The notes below the pieces were generated by a model. The model searched no databases. It worked only from the letters and a program-made list of their open reading frames with translations, and was not told the DNA's origin. This document shows positions 42,027 through 54,466 of a DNA stretch of 64,000 nt, piece by piece. Position 1 is the stretch's first letter, and each line of letters opens with the position of its first letter. This DNA is from Octopus vulgaris (taxonomy: Eukaryota): assembly GCA_951406725.2 (NCBI GenBank), contig OX597832.1:56854001-56918000 (forward strand), given 5' to 3'. Made by a program: the position numbers and the translations under genes.

Positions 42027-42064
<38 letters not shown>

Positions 42065-42649
42065 CACATACTCACACGTACTCTAACACACACACACACA
42101 CACATACACATATGTACACACGCATACATACATGACAACGTACGTATTACTACCATAAAGTGAAATTGAAAATATAGCTTTTCTAGTTTTCCCAAACAAA
42201 CCACCTTCTGACAAATAAACAGTCAATAAAAACGCTGTTGTTGCTGATGTTGTTGTTGCTGTTGTTGTTGTTCTTGTTGTTGTGAGTGTACAGCGTTAAT
42301 AACCATTCACTGGAATGGTTATGGAGCGAACAACGAAGATAAACAATACAACAAAAACTGCACTGTAATAATATATATCTGTTTCCTTTTATCTGCATAG
42401 AGGTTGGAATCTAATTTTTTTTAGCAAAACTCAACATTTCCACCCCACCAACCATCCCACACCCCAATGGCATAGAATAGACCTGGCTGTGTGGTTAAGA
42501 AGTTTGCTTCACAACCAGGTGATACCCGGTTCAGTTCTACTGTGTGACATATCGTCTGGGTGGGCTCAGATAGAAAATGAATACCAGCCAAGTGGCACCA
42601 GCCAAGTGCTTGCTCTCTCTCCCTCCAGATGTCATGTGCTAGATGTGCC

Positions 42650-43245
42650 AGTAGGTCAAAGGGTAGGAGAGTCAAAAGAGTGTCTAAGAGTCGAAAGGAT
42701 GTTGAAGAATCAAAAGAGAATGTCAGATTCAAAAGGGTGTCTAAAGAGTCAGACAAGAGTCTAATAGTAAAAGGCTGTTGAAGAATCAAAAGAGAATGTC
42801 AGAGTTGAAAGGGTGTCAGAGTCAGAAGTGTATGTCAGATTCAAAAGGGTAGCTAAGAGTCAAAAGAATGTCTAAGAGTTAAAAGGCTGTTGAAGAATCA
42901 AAGGGAACGTCAGAGTCGAAAGGGCGAAAGTGTGTCAGAGTTAAAAGCTCCTGTCACAGTTGAAAGTGTTTGTCAGAGTCAAAAGTACATGTCTGATTCA
43001 AAAGGTTGTCTAAGAGTTGAAAGGGTGTCTAAGACTCATAAGGATGTCTAATAGGCGAAAGCGTGTCAGAGACAAAAGTGCACGTCACAGTTGAAAGTGT
43101 ATGTCAGAGTTGAAAGTGTATGTCAGAGTCAAAAGTGCAAGTCTGATTCAAAAGGGTGTCTAAGAGTCGAAAGAGTGTCTATGAGTCAAAAAGGGTGTCT
43201 AAGAGTCAAAAGGATATCTAATAGGCCAAAGTGTATCAGAGTAAA
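42650..43245. repeat. Degenerate ~19-bp minisatellite (gagtcaaaagggtgtctaa-like)
   Basis: About 30 variant copies in tandem. Confidence 0.9.
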
Positions 43246-44028
43246 AAGAGACTAATAAAATATGTACAGGTACTTCAAAAATGAAATACAGAGATCGATG
43301 CATTCGATTAAAAATTCTTTATGGTGGTGCTGCAGCATGGCCACAGTATAATAACTGAAACAAGTATAAAAGATAAAAAAAAGACAGACTTTTATGGATT
43401 AACTTATATTAATATAATCTGGCTAATAACTGGATCCAGTTTACTAGTATAAACTAGATCCATGTCTCTAATCTGACTTAGCTTCATTATAATCCAAAGC
43501 CTTCCTTTAGATTTTTCTAAAATAATCTGAATGCCAGATGTTCCACAAATGGTGAACATGTGATTACTGATTGATATAAACTCCCAAACAAAAAACTTAT
43601 CAGCCATGCAATTACCTTTTAATTAATAAAATAAATAAGCAAACAGTTAATTACTTTTCTAACATACAAAATAATGACCAATTGTTCTATGTATATGCAT
43701 GTGTGTTTGTGTACATACATACATACATACATACATACATACATACATACATACACACATACACACATACACACATACATACATACATCATACATACATA
43801 CATACATACATACATACATACATACATACATACATACATACACACATACACACATACACACATACATACATACATACATACATCATACCTACATACATAC
43901 ATACATACATACATACATACATCGAAATGAAAGTGCATAAAGAATAAATGGTATAAAGTACATCTTGCATTTATCATCAATTTCTTCACATTCACTTTCA
44001 CTCTCTCTCTCTCTCTCTCTCACTTTCA

Positions 44029-44080
<52 letters not shown>

Positions 44081-44229
44081 TATATGTATATATATAAATA
44101 TATATATATTTATATATATACAAATATATATATATATTATATACTATATATATATGTACATGCACATACACATATATATATACATATATGTGTATATGTA
44201 CATGTGTGTGTGTGTGTGTATGCGTGTGA

Positions 44230-44266
<37 letters not shown>

Positions 44267-44430
44267 TAAATATCAATGAAGAACAAAAGCTTGGGTAAGT
44301 ATTTCTTTTGGGTTTGTTTATTTGTTTTACAACAGCAATCAGATTGTGGATGGTAATTATAGGAATGCTCATTGAGAAATAATTAAGAATATAATTAGTT
44401 CTTTTGAAAGAAAGGCCTTTTTCTTTAGAT

Positions 44431-44497
<67 letters not shown>

Positions 44498-45079
44498 TGT
44501 GCGCTTACGCACACACACATATACATATACACACATATATATATTTAGATATAGATGGAGGATAACAGGACCGTAATCTGCTTTCCTGCAGACTGGAAAA
44601 GTTACATAACCAATATATTAGAAACGCTGTCAAAGTTAATCAGGAAGATTTAATTAATATTTATATTAATAGCAAAATATTTGAAAAATAAATAAATAAA
44701 CGAAGGCATAAATACATAAATAAAACCACCCCACCCTTCACACAAACGAGGAAAATAAATTAATCTGCTAGAAGAATAACGTGAGAAGTAGAAAGATTAA
44801 TTCCATTATTATAGCTCTCAGAAATGATTTCCATGGCAACAAGAGAACAGTACAGTGCATAAACATATAAATATGTGTGTATGTGTGCGTGCGTGTGTGT
44901 GTATTTATATTTGTATGCCCGTGTATATATATGTGTGTGTGTGTGTGTGTGTATTTATATGTGTATGCTTGTGTATGTGTGTGTATGTATTTATATATGT
45001 ATGCTTGTGTACGTATGAGTGTGTGTATGTGTAAGTGTATGCATGTTAAATATAAAATCATGACGACAGCAAATTGGTT

Positions 45080-45149
<70 letters not shown>

Positions 45150-45318
45150 TAGGTGTAGCTGTGTGGTTAGAAGCTTGCTTCCCAATCACATGGTTCCGGG
45201 TTCAGTACCATTGTGAGACACCTTGGGTAAGTTCTTTCTACTGTAGCCTTGTGAGTGGATTTGATAGATGGAAACCGAAAGAAGCCTGCCGTATGTGTGT
45301 GTGTGTGTGTGTGTATGA

Positions 45319-45360
<42 letters not shown>

Positions 45361-45384
45361 GTATGTATATAATCATCATCCAGC

Positions 45385-45700
45385 GTTTTAAAACTGTGTT
45401 TTGTCCCCGTTAATAGGTGTGGCTGGATCTACCTCAATGCCATAGTAACCATCCTCACACCATCTTACCCAGTTTAGGGTGTCCTCCTATTTTCAAACCA
45501 ACCCTCCCAATCTCCACCTCCACCTTCTCTTTGGTCTACCTCGCTTTCGTGTTCCATTTACCTCAAACACAATCACCCTCCTCAGAACATGCTCCTCATC
45601 CCTCCTCAACCCATACCACCTTGCTCCATTCGCCCTTGCCAACCATTCCACTGATTCCTCCAACCCCAGCATTCCCATCAAATCCTCAGTCTTCCTCTTA
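45385..45700 (-). pseudogene. RTE-clade LINE 3' fragment
   Basis: RKTEDLMGMLGLEESVEWLARANGARWYG-LRRDEEHVLRRVIVFEVNGTRKRGRPKRRW. Confidence 0.85.
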
Positions 45701-45817
45701 TTATTAAAGCTACAAAAACACCAGAAAAGTATCACAAAAATCTGCTACTCAGAGTTTCATGTTCCCATTCGTTGTACAGTTTAGCTATATATCTATAGCT
45801 ATATATATATATATATA

Positions 45818-45856
<39 letters not shown>

Positions 45857-46032
45857 ATCCAAACAAGAAAACTAAAAAAAACCCAAAAAACACAGCAACG
45901 CGAGGACGTGGAACAAATAAAGTATTATTGGACGCTCAGGAAAGAAGGGAAGAAGGAGGGTTTAACGTTTTGAGCGGAGCTCTTCGTCGGAAACATAGGA
46001 GAAGGAAAGATCCCGAGAAGGGAAGACAGAGG

Positions 46033-46035
<3 letters not shown>
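45700..46035 (-). mobile_element. Composite X-(TA)n-Y repeat, copy 2, with hammerhead-like motifs at ~45742-45780 and 45960-45994
   Basis: Y on the minus strand reads gttt-CCGACGA-a-gagc tcc gctc-AAAA-cgtt-aaac. X on the minus strand reads ctgt-acaacga-atg ggaa cat-GAAA-ctctgag-TA-gcag. Confidence 0.65.
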
Positions 46036-46090
<55 letters not shown>

Positions 46091-46095
46091 CCTAT

Positions 46096-46234
46096 TTTAC
46101 ATTTGATGGATATTTGTCCTCATCTTGTTTGTTGTTAACACGTTTCAGCTGATGTACCCTCCAGCCTTCATCAGGTGTCTTGGGAAAATTTCAAACCTGG
46201 ATTCTCATTTGTAAGATAGTTTTTGATGTTATTA

Positions 46235-46297
<63 letters not shown>

Positions 46298-46622
46298 TGG
46301 TCACTGCCTGGAATTAAACTCGCTCTTAATCACTACGCCACGGCATATGGCATAGAGGTCAAGTGCACAAACTACTTACTGCAAGATTCCAAGTTCGATT
46401 CCAGGCAGTGACCTGAATAATAATAACAATAATAATAATAACATCGAAAAATACCTTAGAAATGAGAACCCAGGTTCGAAATTTTCCCAAGACTCCTGAT
46501 GAAGGCTGGAGGGTATATCAGCCGAAACATTGTGTTAACAACAAACAAGATGAGGACAAATATCCGTCAAATGTAAATAATGTAAATAATGTACATAATT
46601 CCTCATCTCTTAAATATAGAAC
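46096..46622. mobile_element. Head-to-head inverted pair of hammerhead-tailed tRNA-SINE-like elements (minus 46096-46341; plus 46342-46622)
   Basis: Both arms have an A-box (tggcgtagtga / tggcatagagg), a B-box (gttcgattcc on the plus arm), (AAT)n, and a tail with CTGATGA-a-ggctg...cagcc-GAAA. Confidence 0.85.
46490..46536 (+). ncRNA. Minimal type I hammerhead motif (Penelope-type); sister motif on the minus strand at ~46136-46180
   Basis: CTGATGA at 46496-46502, stem II ggctg/cagcc, GAAA at 46524-46527, and stem I gac(a/t)c/gtgtt. The inferred family consensus has palindromic aacgtt in place of stem III. Confidence 0.65.
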
Positions 46623-47404
46623 TTTACATATATAGCCTGTTCATCAGACAGTTTAGCTATATGTATAGCTAGAATCTCTACCATTTCTTCATTAAAATTT
46701 TTGGTAAAATCTTTGCAGTCTAATTGAAGGAACTCATCCCAGAAGTGACTCACAAAAACACTAGCTGTATTTCAACGCTATTGAGCTTTGTCAATGATGT
46801 ATATTCACAGTATTTGCTTAGAACGAAAATGTTTAATTAGATAAACTAATTAATTAATTCACTGTTTCCCATAACTAGTTACACTAGGTAGCTCTTCATT
46901 TCCAATTAGATAAACTGTATAATTAATTATGTAACTAACTAGCAGTACTATTAATAATTAGTTTAGCCCTTTAGCATTCTGATTACTCTGTCAAATATAA
47001 TGCTTAATTACTCTCCACATTGTTTTGAATCAATCATGTATGATCTCTTAGCTTCAAGATTTTGATGATCTGATTGCTTATTTTTAAGCTGACATTGTAG
47101 GGTAGGTATAAAAGGTCAGATCTAGCCTGTTTGACCATAAAACAAGTAAGATATTTTGGCTGGATATGACTAAGATTAACTGCTAATTGGTTAACTAGCT
47201 ATTTGTATCCCTCTTAATTAAATGAACCAACTAGCTGCATTTCTTGTTTCCAGTTCGTTAAACTAATTAACTAATTAGCTGTGTCCCTCATAACTGGACT
47301 TACTAGCTTCACTCATCATACCCAGTTAGCTGAAGTAGCTAACTAACTGTAACCTTGATTAATACTTAGATTAATATGTATCTAGACTCACTTCTTATAA
47401 TTAG

Positions 47405-48078
47405 TTATCAAAATCTTGGCATCACTTACCAAGTCCTTTGTGCGCCGCTCTCTGGCTATCTATCTGAGGCTTTATATAGCTAAGGTGCGGCCTCACCTGG
47501 AATTTGCATCACCGGTATGGAACCCCAATCTTGACCAGGATATTAATCGTCTGGAAACCGTTCAGTGATGTGCAACCAAGTGAATACCCTCCATCAGGCA
47601 TTTGCCATATTCTGAACGCCTTACTTCCCTGGGCATGGACACATTGAAACTCCGACGTCTGGCAGCTAACTTGGCAGACACCCATAAAATTATTAACCAT
47701 CTTACTAACAATAACTCTGAGCACCTTTTCAAACTCCACCCATCTAACACCTGTGGGCATATTTACAAAGTCAGAAAACAGTACAGTTTCCATGACTTTT
47801 GGAAACATTTTTTCATGCTGGGAGTTGCTGAAGCATGGAACAAACGGCCGGCATCAGTTGTTAGTTGTCGGAGCACTGCATCCTTCAAAACTTCCATGCT
47901 TCCTGAGATTCACCAACACTACACCTGATTTTCTTCCCTCCATACACACACGCAAGCATGTATCTGACTCATACACTGTTCACTTCCCAGACATTTGTAC
48001 ATTACTGCATATGCTTTATATGCACTTTTGACAAGTTGTGGTGCACCTGAGCACTGTATACAATAATTTCATTATTAT
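47405..48078 (+). pseudogene. CR1-clade LINE 3' fragment with 3' UTR and (ATT)n tail; shorter copy at ~33895-34160
   Basis: YIAKVRPHLEFASPVWNP...INRLETVQ...PYSERLTSLGMDTLKLRRL...GHIYKV...FF...EAWNK.PASVV...FK, with in-frame stops. Confidence 0.9.
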
Positions 48079-48284
48079 AATTATTTGTCTGCAGACAAGA
48101 TATCTCAAGAACTGCTGGATGGATTTGGATGAAATTTTCAGGAATGTTTGGTGTCATAACTAGCATGAACTGATTAGAGAGCAGTCAAGTTTATTTCAGA
48201 TATTCTCATTTTAAAAATCATGTCTGGCTAATCATTGAGAGGATGTTGGTTTTGCCTTGGCAGAGATTTGTGCTCTCTGAGTGC

Positions 48285-48317
<33 letters not shown>

Positions 48318-49964
48318 AGGTGATAGGGTGACAGAATGCCAAACATGCTGGGCAAAATGTTTATTGGCATTTCATCTGTCTTTACATTCTGAGTTCAAAT
48401 CTCGCCGAGGTTGACTTTGCCTTTCATCATTTCAGGGTCGTTAAAATAAGTACCAATTAGACATTGGGGTTAATGTAATCAACTAGTCCCCTCCCTTCAA
48501 ATTTCAGGCCTTATGACTTATTATTTAAAATACATAACACATAACTAAAAATAACTAGCTATTTAACTACACTCTACATAACTAGTCGTCTAATTACACT
48601 CCACAATAATAAGACTAACGAGTCATCCAACTGTACACTTCATAATTAGTTATTTAACGACACTCCACAGAGCTAAGCTATGACTGTGTCTGCCCACCTC
48701 ATAACCACATAGACAAACCCATCCACATTTTCCACTAACCGTTACAAAAACAAAAAAAAAGAGTAAAGTAAATTAATATATTTTAGTTAAATTAGAGTGG
48801 AAGAGACCTCTTTCTAACTATAAATATTAATTAGATGGTGTTGATAACTAAATCTCTCCCTCCCTCTCTCTCTCTTTCTCTCCTTTCAACATCCCAACAA
48901 TTTTCAAGAATGATGACATTACGTGTGAACAACTAGAGAAGAATTAATAAAAAAAAAAAAAAAAAAAGAAAAGTGTAAGTCTCTACTAAACCATGTAATT
49001 AAATGTCAGGGTGGGGTAGTAGAGGGGAGGGTGGGGGTATAAAATATCATTAAAGAAATCATTGATGGTTGTATTTAAAAAAAAAATTTTTTTTTTTTAG
49101 TTATTGATGGTTTTTTTTATTTATTTATCTATTTACACCGTTATTAGAGTTTTGTTGGAAGTATCTGGAAGAATGCTCATAAATTAAGATCAAGAGAAAG
49201 GCACTTTTTTTTTGTTGCTTTTCAAAGCGTTACTGTGTGTGTATGTATGTGTGTATGTGCATATGTATATGTGTGTATGTATGTATGTAAATATGTGCGT
49301 GCATGCGTTTGTGTGTGTGTGTGTATGTGTGTGTGTATATGCAAAAAGCTTGCACATATTCTTGTATTCTTTTATTTGTGTCAATCATTTGACTGTGACC
49401 AAGCTGGAGCACCGCCTTTAGTCGAATGGATCAAACCCAGGGCTTATTCTTTGTAAGCCGAGTATTTATTTTATCGGTCTCATTTGCCGAACCGCTAAGT
49501 TACCAAGATGTAAAAACACCAGCATCGGTTGCCAAGCGATGGTGTGGGGACAAACATAGACACACAAACATTTAGGTTTCAGATCTGTGAGTAATAAGGA
49601 CCAGAGTATACAAAGCCTATTACGTAGGGACGTTTGTGGTACAATGTAATATCTTTACACGAACTTTTGCAGGTACAAAGTATTACCATTGTGTTTCTTG
49701 AAATTTTCAGTTAAAATCAATAGTTTAATTCTTGTCCAACATCTTAACCAAAGTAAATAGATGACTCATCTATGTACTTTAATCTTAACATGGGGCGCAT
49801 CAACCATGGAGGTTTAGTAATGGCCATACAATGTACACATGTGGGTACGACAAACTAGTTCTGCTGATCTTTGTGAATGAAGCTGGATACTCTGTTATGA
49901 GATAAGACTGTCCTTATCTCAAGATAAGAGCATCTTAATTTTTTCCTCTTTTCCTTCTACGAGC

Positions 49965-50272
49965 TATTTTGACATGCTGCTTATTTTGACATGTTCTTTA
50001 TTTTGACATGTTCTTTATTTTGACAAGCTGTTTATTTTGACATGTTCTTTATTTTGACATTCTGTTTATCTTGACATGTTCTTTATTTTGACATGCTGTT
50101 TATTTTGACATGTTCTTTATTTTGACATGCAGTTTATTTTGACATGTTCTTTATTTTGACAAGCTGTTTATTTTGACATGTTCTTTATTTTGACATTCTG
50201 TTTATCTTGACATGTTCTTTATTTTGACATGCTGTTTATTTTGACATGTTCTTTATTTTGACATGCTGTTTA
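49965..50272. repeat. 17-bp minisatellite (ttattttgacatgttct / ...gctgt) with a 136-bp higher-order duplication
   Basis: About 18 units. The variant unit tctgtttatcttgac recurs at 50061 and 50197. Confidence 0.95.
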
Positions 50273-51459
50273 TCAGCTATGGAGGATATATTTCCGTCCT
50301 GCCTTTCTACCACTGACATTCACAATGGCTATGAGGATAAGAATTAATAATCCTTTCTTCTATAGGCACAAGGCCTGAAATTTTTTTTTTGGGGGGGGGC
50401 TAGTCAATTATATCGACCCCAGTATGTAACCGGTACTTATTTCATCGACCCTGAAAGGAGTAAAGGCAAAGTTGACTTCAGCGGAATTTGAACTCAGAAT
50501 GTAACAATGGACGAAATTCCAGCCACTAAGCATTTTTCCCAGTGTGCTAATGATTTTGCCAGTGCGCTGCCTTAACGAGGATTAATAACGACATATAGCT
50601 TCTCTTAAGGGAGTGATTTGGCAGAATCATTACAGGATCAGATACAATACCTTACAGTATTTGTTTCAGATTTTTGCATCTTGAGTTCAAATCTCACTAA
50701 TGTAAACTCAAGTGTTTTTTGTTCTTATCCTTCTGGGGCTAATAGAATAAAGAATCAGTCTAGGAGATAGATCAGCAGAACTGCTGGAGTGTTTGGTTAA
50801 AAATTCTTTGTTCAAATTTGGTTGCTAATGTTCCGAGCACTGAGGCAGGTGGTGTGGAGAACTTGTCTGCATGAAAATGACAAGATGGCGTTGCGTAAGA
50901 AATAACCAAAAGAAGACAAAGGGAAAATATATTTTTTTGTATTCTACTCTGTCATGTCTAAGACAACAATATTTGTGGTGAAGGTCACCAGAAGACATTT
51001 GTTGATCTGCTGACACAAGGCAGGAAAAATATCGTTAATAAAGATTTGGTTTTTATTTCTAGCAGGTTAATCAATCATGTAGGGACTCTGAGAGTGTGTA
51101 TGTGTCACAGAGGTAAAAATGCGTATGAGAAAGATTGTGCAGCCCGTTGTGTGTGTGAGTGTGTGATAGAGAGGGTGGGAGGGAGGGAGAAAGTGAGAGA
51201 AAGAAAATTAGAGAGAGAGAGAGGAGAAAAGAATAAGAGAGACAAGGTGTATGTTTGAGGTGTCTTTGTGTATGATTGTGTATGTGTGTGTGAGAGAGAG
51301 AGAGAAAGGGGAGAGAAAGAGATGTGAGAAAGGGGAAGAGAAACAGAGAGAAAGAGAAAGGCAGACAATGTGTGTGTATGAGATGAGTATTTGTGTGTAA
51401 AAGGAAGTGTGTGCATTATAATTGTATGTGTGTATACATGTGTGCACATGTGTGTGAGT

Positions 51460-51481
51460 GAGAGAGACAGAGAGAGACAGT

Positions 51482-51514
<33 letters not shown>

Positions 51515-51583
51515 TGAGAGAGACAGTGAGAGAGACAGAGAGAGACAGTGAGAGAGACAGAGAGAGAGACAGAGAGAGACAGT

Positions 51584-51623
<40 letters not shown>

Positions 51624-51782
51624 GAGACAGAGAGAGACAGTGAGACGAGAGAGACAGTGAGAGAGACAGAGAGAGAGACAGAGAGACAGTGAGAGAGACA
51701 GAGAGAGTCAGACAGACAATGTGTATCTATGAGATAAATGATTCTGTGTGTATGTGTGTATGTGTGTGTGTTCAGAGAGAGC

Positions 51783-51830
<48 letters not shown>

Positions 51831-51880
51831 TACAGAGGGAGAGAGAGAGAAGACAAATAGAGAGCGAGAGAGAGAGAGCA
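51460..51880. repeat. (GA)n/(GACA) compound microsatellite
   Basis: Read directly from the sequence. Confidence 0.95.
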
Positions 51881-52189
51881 TAAATCTGAGATGTAGAGTG
51901 TGAAGTGAGTGTCTGAATACCAGTTGTTTTAGACAGGAAAAGAGAAGAGGAGAGAGAATCTAAGAGTGTTTGTAAGTTTATGTCATAAGCATTTATTTAC
52001 TTATACAAATATATGAATTATGGATGTACAATATATACACAAGTGTGTGTGTATGTGTATATGAGATCTACATACATGCTAAGAACGTAACATATACGAA
52101 TGTACAACATACATGTATATGTAAATGTGATATGTATATATATATATATATGTGATATGCATACATAATACTATATATATATATATACA

Positions 52190-52545
52190 TGGAGGTGCAA
52201 TGGCCCACTGGTTAGGATTGCGGTTTCAATTCCCAGACCAGTCGCTGTGAGTGTTTATTGAGTGAAAACACCTAAAGCTTCACAAGGCTCCAGCAGGGGC
52301 TGGTGGTGAACCCTGCTGTACTCTTTTACCACAGCTTTCTCTCACTCTTTCTTCCTGTTTCTGTTGTATGTGTATTTCAAAGGGCCAGCCTTGTCACACT
52401 CTGTGTCATGCTGAATCTCCCTGCAAACTACACTAAGGGTAAATGTGTCTGTGGAGTGCTCAGCCACTTGCACATTAATTTCATGAGAAGGCTGTTCTGT
52501 TTGTCGGATCAACTGGAACCCTCGTCGTCGTAACCGACGGCATGC
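52190..52545 (+). mobile_element. tRNA-derived SINE of a distinct family
   Basis: Head ggaggtgcaatggcccactggttagg...ggtttcaattcccaga and a terminal hairpin cgtcg-taac-cgacg. Only one copy in the window. Confidence 0.55.
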
Positions 52546-52738
52546 CATGATACACATATATCGCAAGCATGGCTGCATGGTAAGAAGTTTGCTTCCTAAC
52601 CACATGGTTTCAGGTTCAGTCCCACTGCGTGGCGCCTTTGGCAAGTGTCTTATACTATAACCTTGTGCCGACCAAAGCCTTGTGAGTGGATTTGGTAGAC
52701 AAAAACTGAAAGAAGCCCATTGAAAGAAGCCCATCGTG

Positions 52739-52791
<53 letters not shown>

Positions 52792-53148
52792 AAGTCTATG
52801 TTTGGTGTTTGGTGTGTTTACATCCCTGTAAATTAACAGTTCAGCAAAAGAGGCTGATAGAATAAGTAACAAACTTGAAACAGTAAGTTAGGGAACTGAT
52901 TCACACAACTAAATATTTTTGAAAGCAGTACTCCCACCCCACACCTCAACATGGCTGCAGTCCAATGATTGAAACAAGTAAAAGATAAAATGTATGTATG
53001 TATGTATGTATGTATGTATGTATGTATGTATGTATGTATGTGTGTATGTATGTCTGTATGTGTGTGTGTATGTATGTATGTATGTGTGTATGTATGTCTG
53101 TATGTGTGTATGTATGTATGTATGTATGTATGTATGTATGTATGTATG

Positions 53149-53225
<77 letters not shown>

Positions 53226-54127
53226 TGTTGCTATTATGTTAAAATGTCGTATGTCCAAATTTGGTCAAATGCTTTTTTTCTTTTCAATATTTTATTTTTG
53301 TTTGCAATAACTGATTCTTTTGGTCAAACTCTCATATCTTCAGCTGCTTTCGATGCCAAGATATGAAAATTGCCAAAGTGTAGTACAACGGTTTAGTATT
53401 TTTCAAAAGTGTAGGAAGTTTCACATACGACAGATATGTAAAAAATATTTCTAGCTGAAAATATCATACAAGCATGGAGTTAAGATTTTATTCACCCAAC
53501 AAAGTACTATTGTTAAGCTGAAGCTGTTACTAATGTAAAAAGAAATAGAATGGTGAAACTACTTTTCCATCTTGTGAAAAAGCAATATTTTGGATTTATG
53601 ACAGTTTTGCATAATGGCAATGATATGTAAATGTCGAATGGTGAATATGAGTGCTCAAAACTACATTGGTGGTTAGAATTTCTTTATTTGTGAATTAAGG
53701 CTACATCTTAACATGAAACTAATTCACAAATATATACATATATATATATATATATTTGTGATACCTGTGCTGGTGGCACATAAAAGTAGTGATATCCATG
53801 CCAGTGGCAGGTAAAAAGCACCATCTGAATGTGGCCAATGCTAGTGCTGCCTTGACTGGTGTCCGTGTGCAGGTGGCACGTAAAAAGCACCCACTAAACT
53901 AACGGAGTGGTTGGTGTTAGGAAGGGCATCCGGCTGTAGAAACACTGCCAGATCAGATTGGCGCCTGGTGCAGCCTCCTGGTTTCCCAGACCACGGTTGA
54001 ACTGTCCAACTCATGCTAGCATGGAAAATGGACATTAAATGATGATGATATATATATATACTCTTACAAATATCTGAGTTAATGAAATGTGTATGATGCA
54101 AGAAGCATATAGGTATATCTGTTAGAA

Positions 54128-54466
54128 ACAAGAGCACTCAGAGAGTGCAAACCTCCACCAAGGCATCACCAATATCCTCTCAACGATTAGCCAGAGACGG
54201 TTTTTAAAATGAGAATATCTGAAGTAAATTCAATTGCTCTCACAAATGAGAATACTAAAAATGAACTCAGCCACTAAGTAAAAAAAACCCAGAAAAATAA
54301 TCCAGAATCCTTGTCCGGTATCAGATTGATCTAATCAGTTCATGCCAAGCATCCCTGAAAGTTTCATCCAAATCTATCCAACGATTCTTGAGATATCTTG
54401 TCCACAGACACACAAACAAACATGACAGAAAACAATACCTCTGCCTTTGCTAAGCCAGAGGTAATA
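54128..54466 (+). mobile_element. Helentron-associated non-autonomous element (HINE-like); related copies at ~48085-48290(-) and 59105-59203
   Basis: 5' acaagagcactcagagagtgcaaacctccaccaagg, internal aagtttcatccaaatc...tcttgagatatc...(acaa)n, and a 3' hairpin acctctg...cagaggt followed by aataa. Confidence 0.6.
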
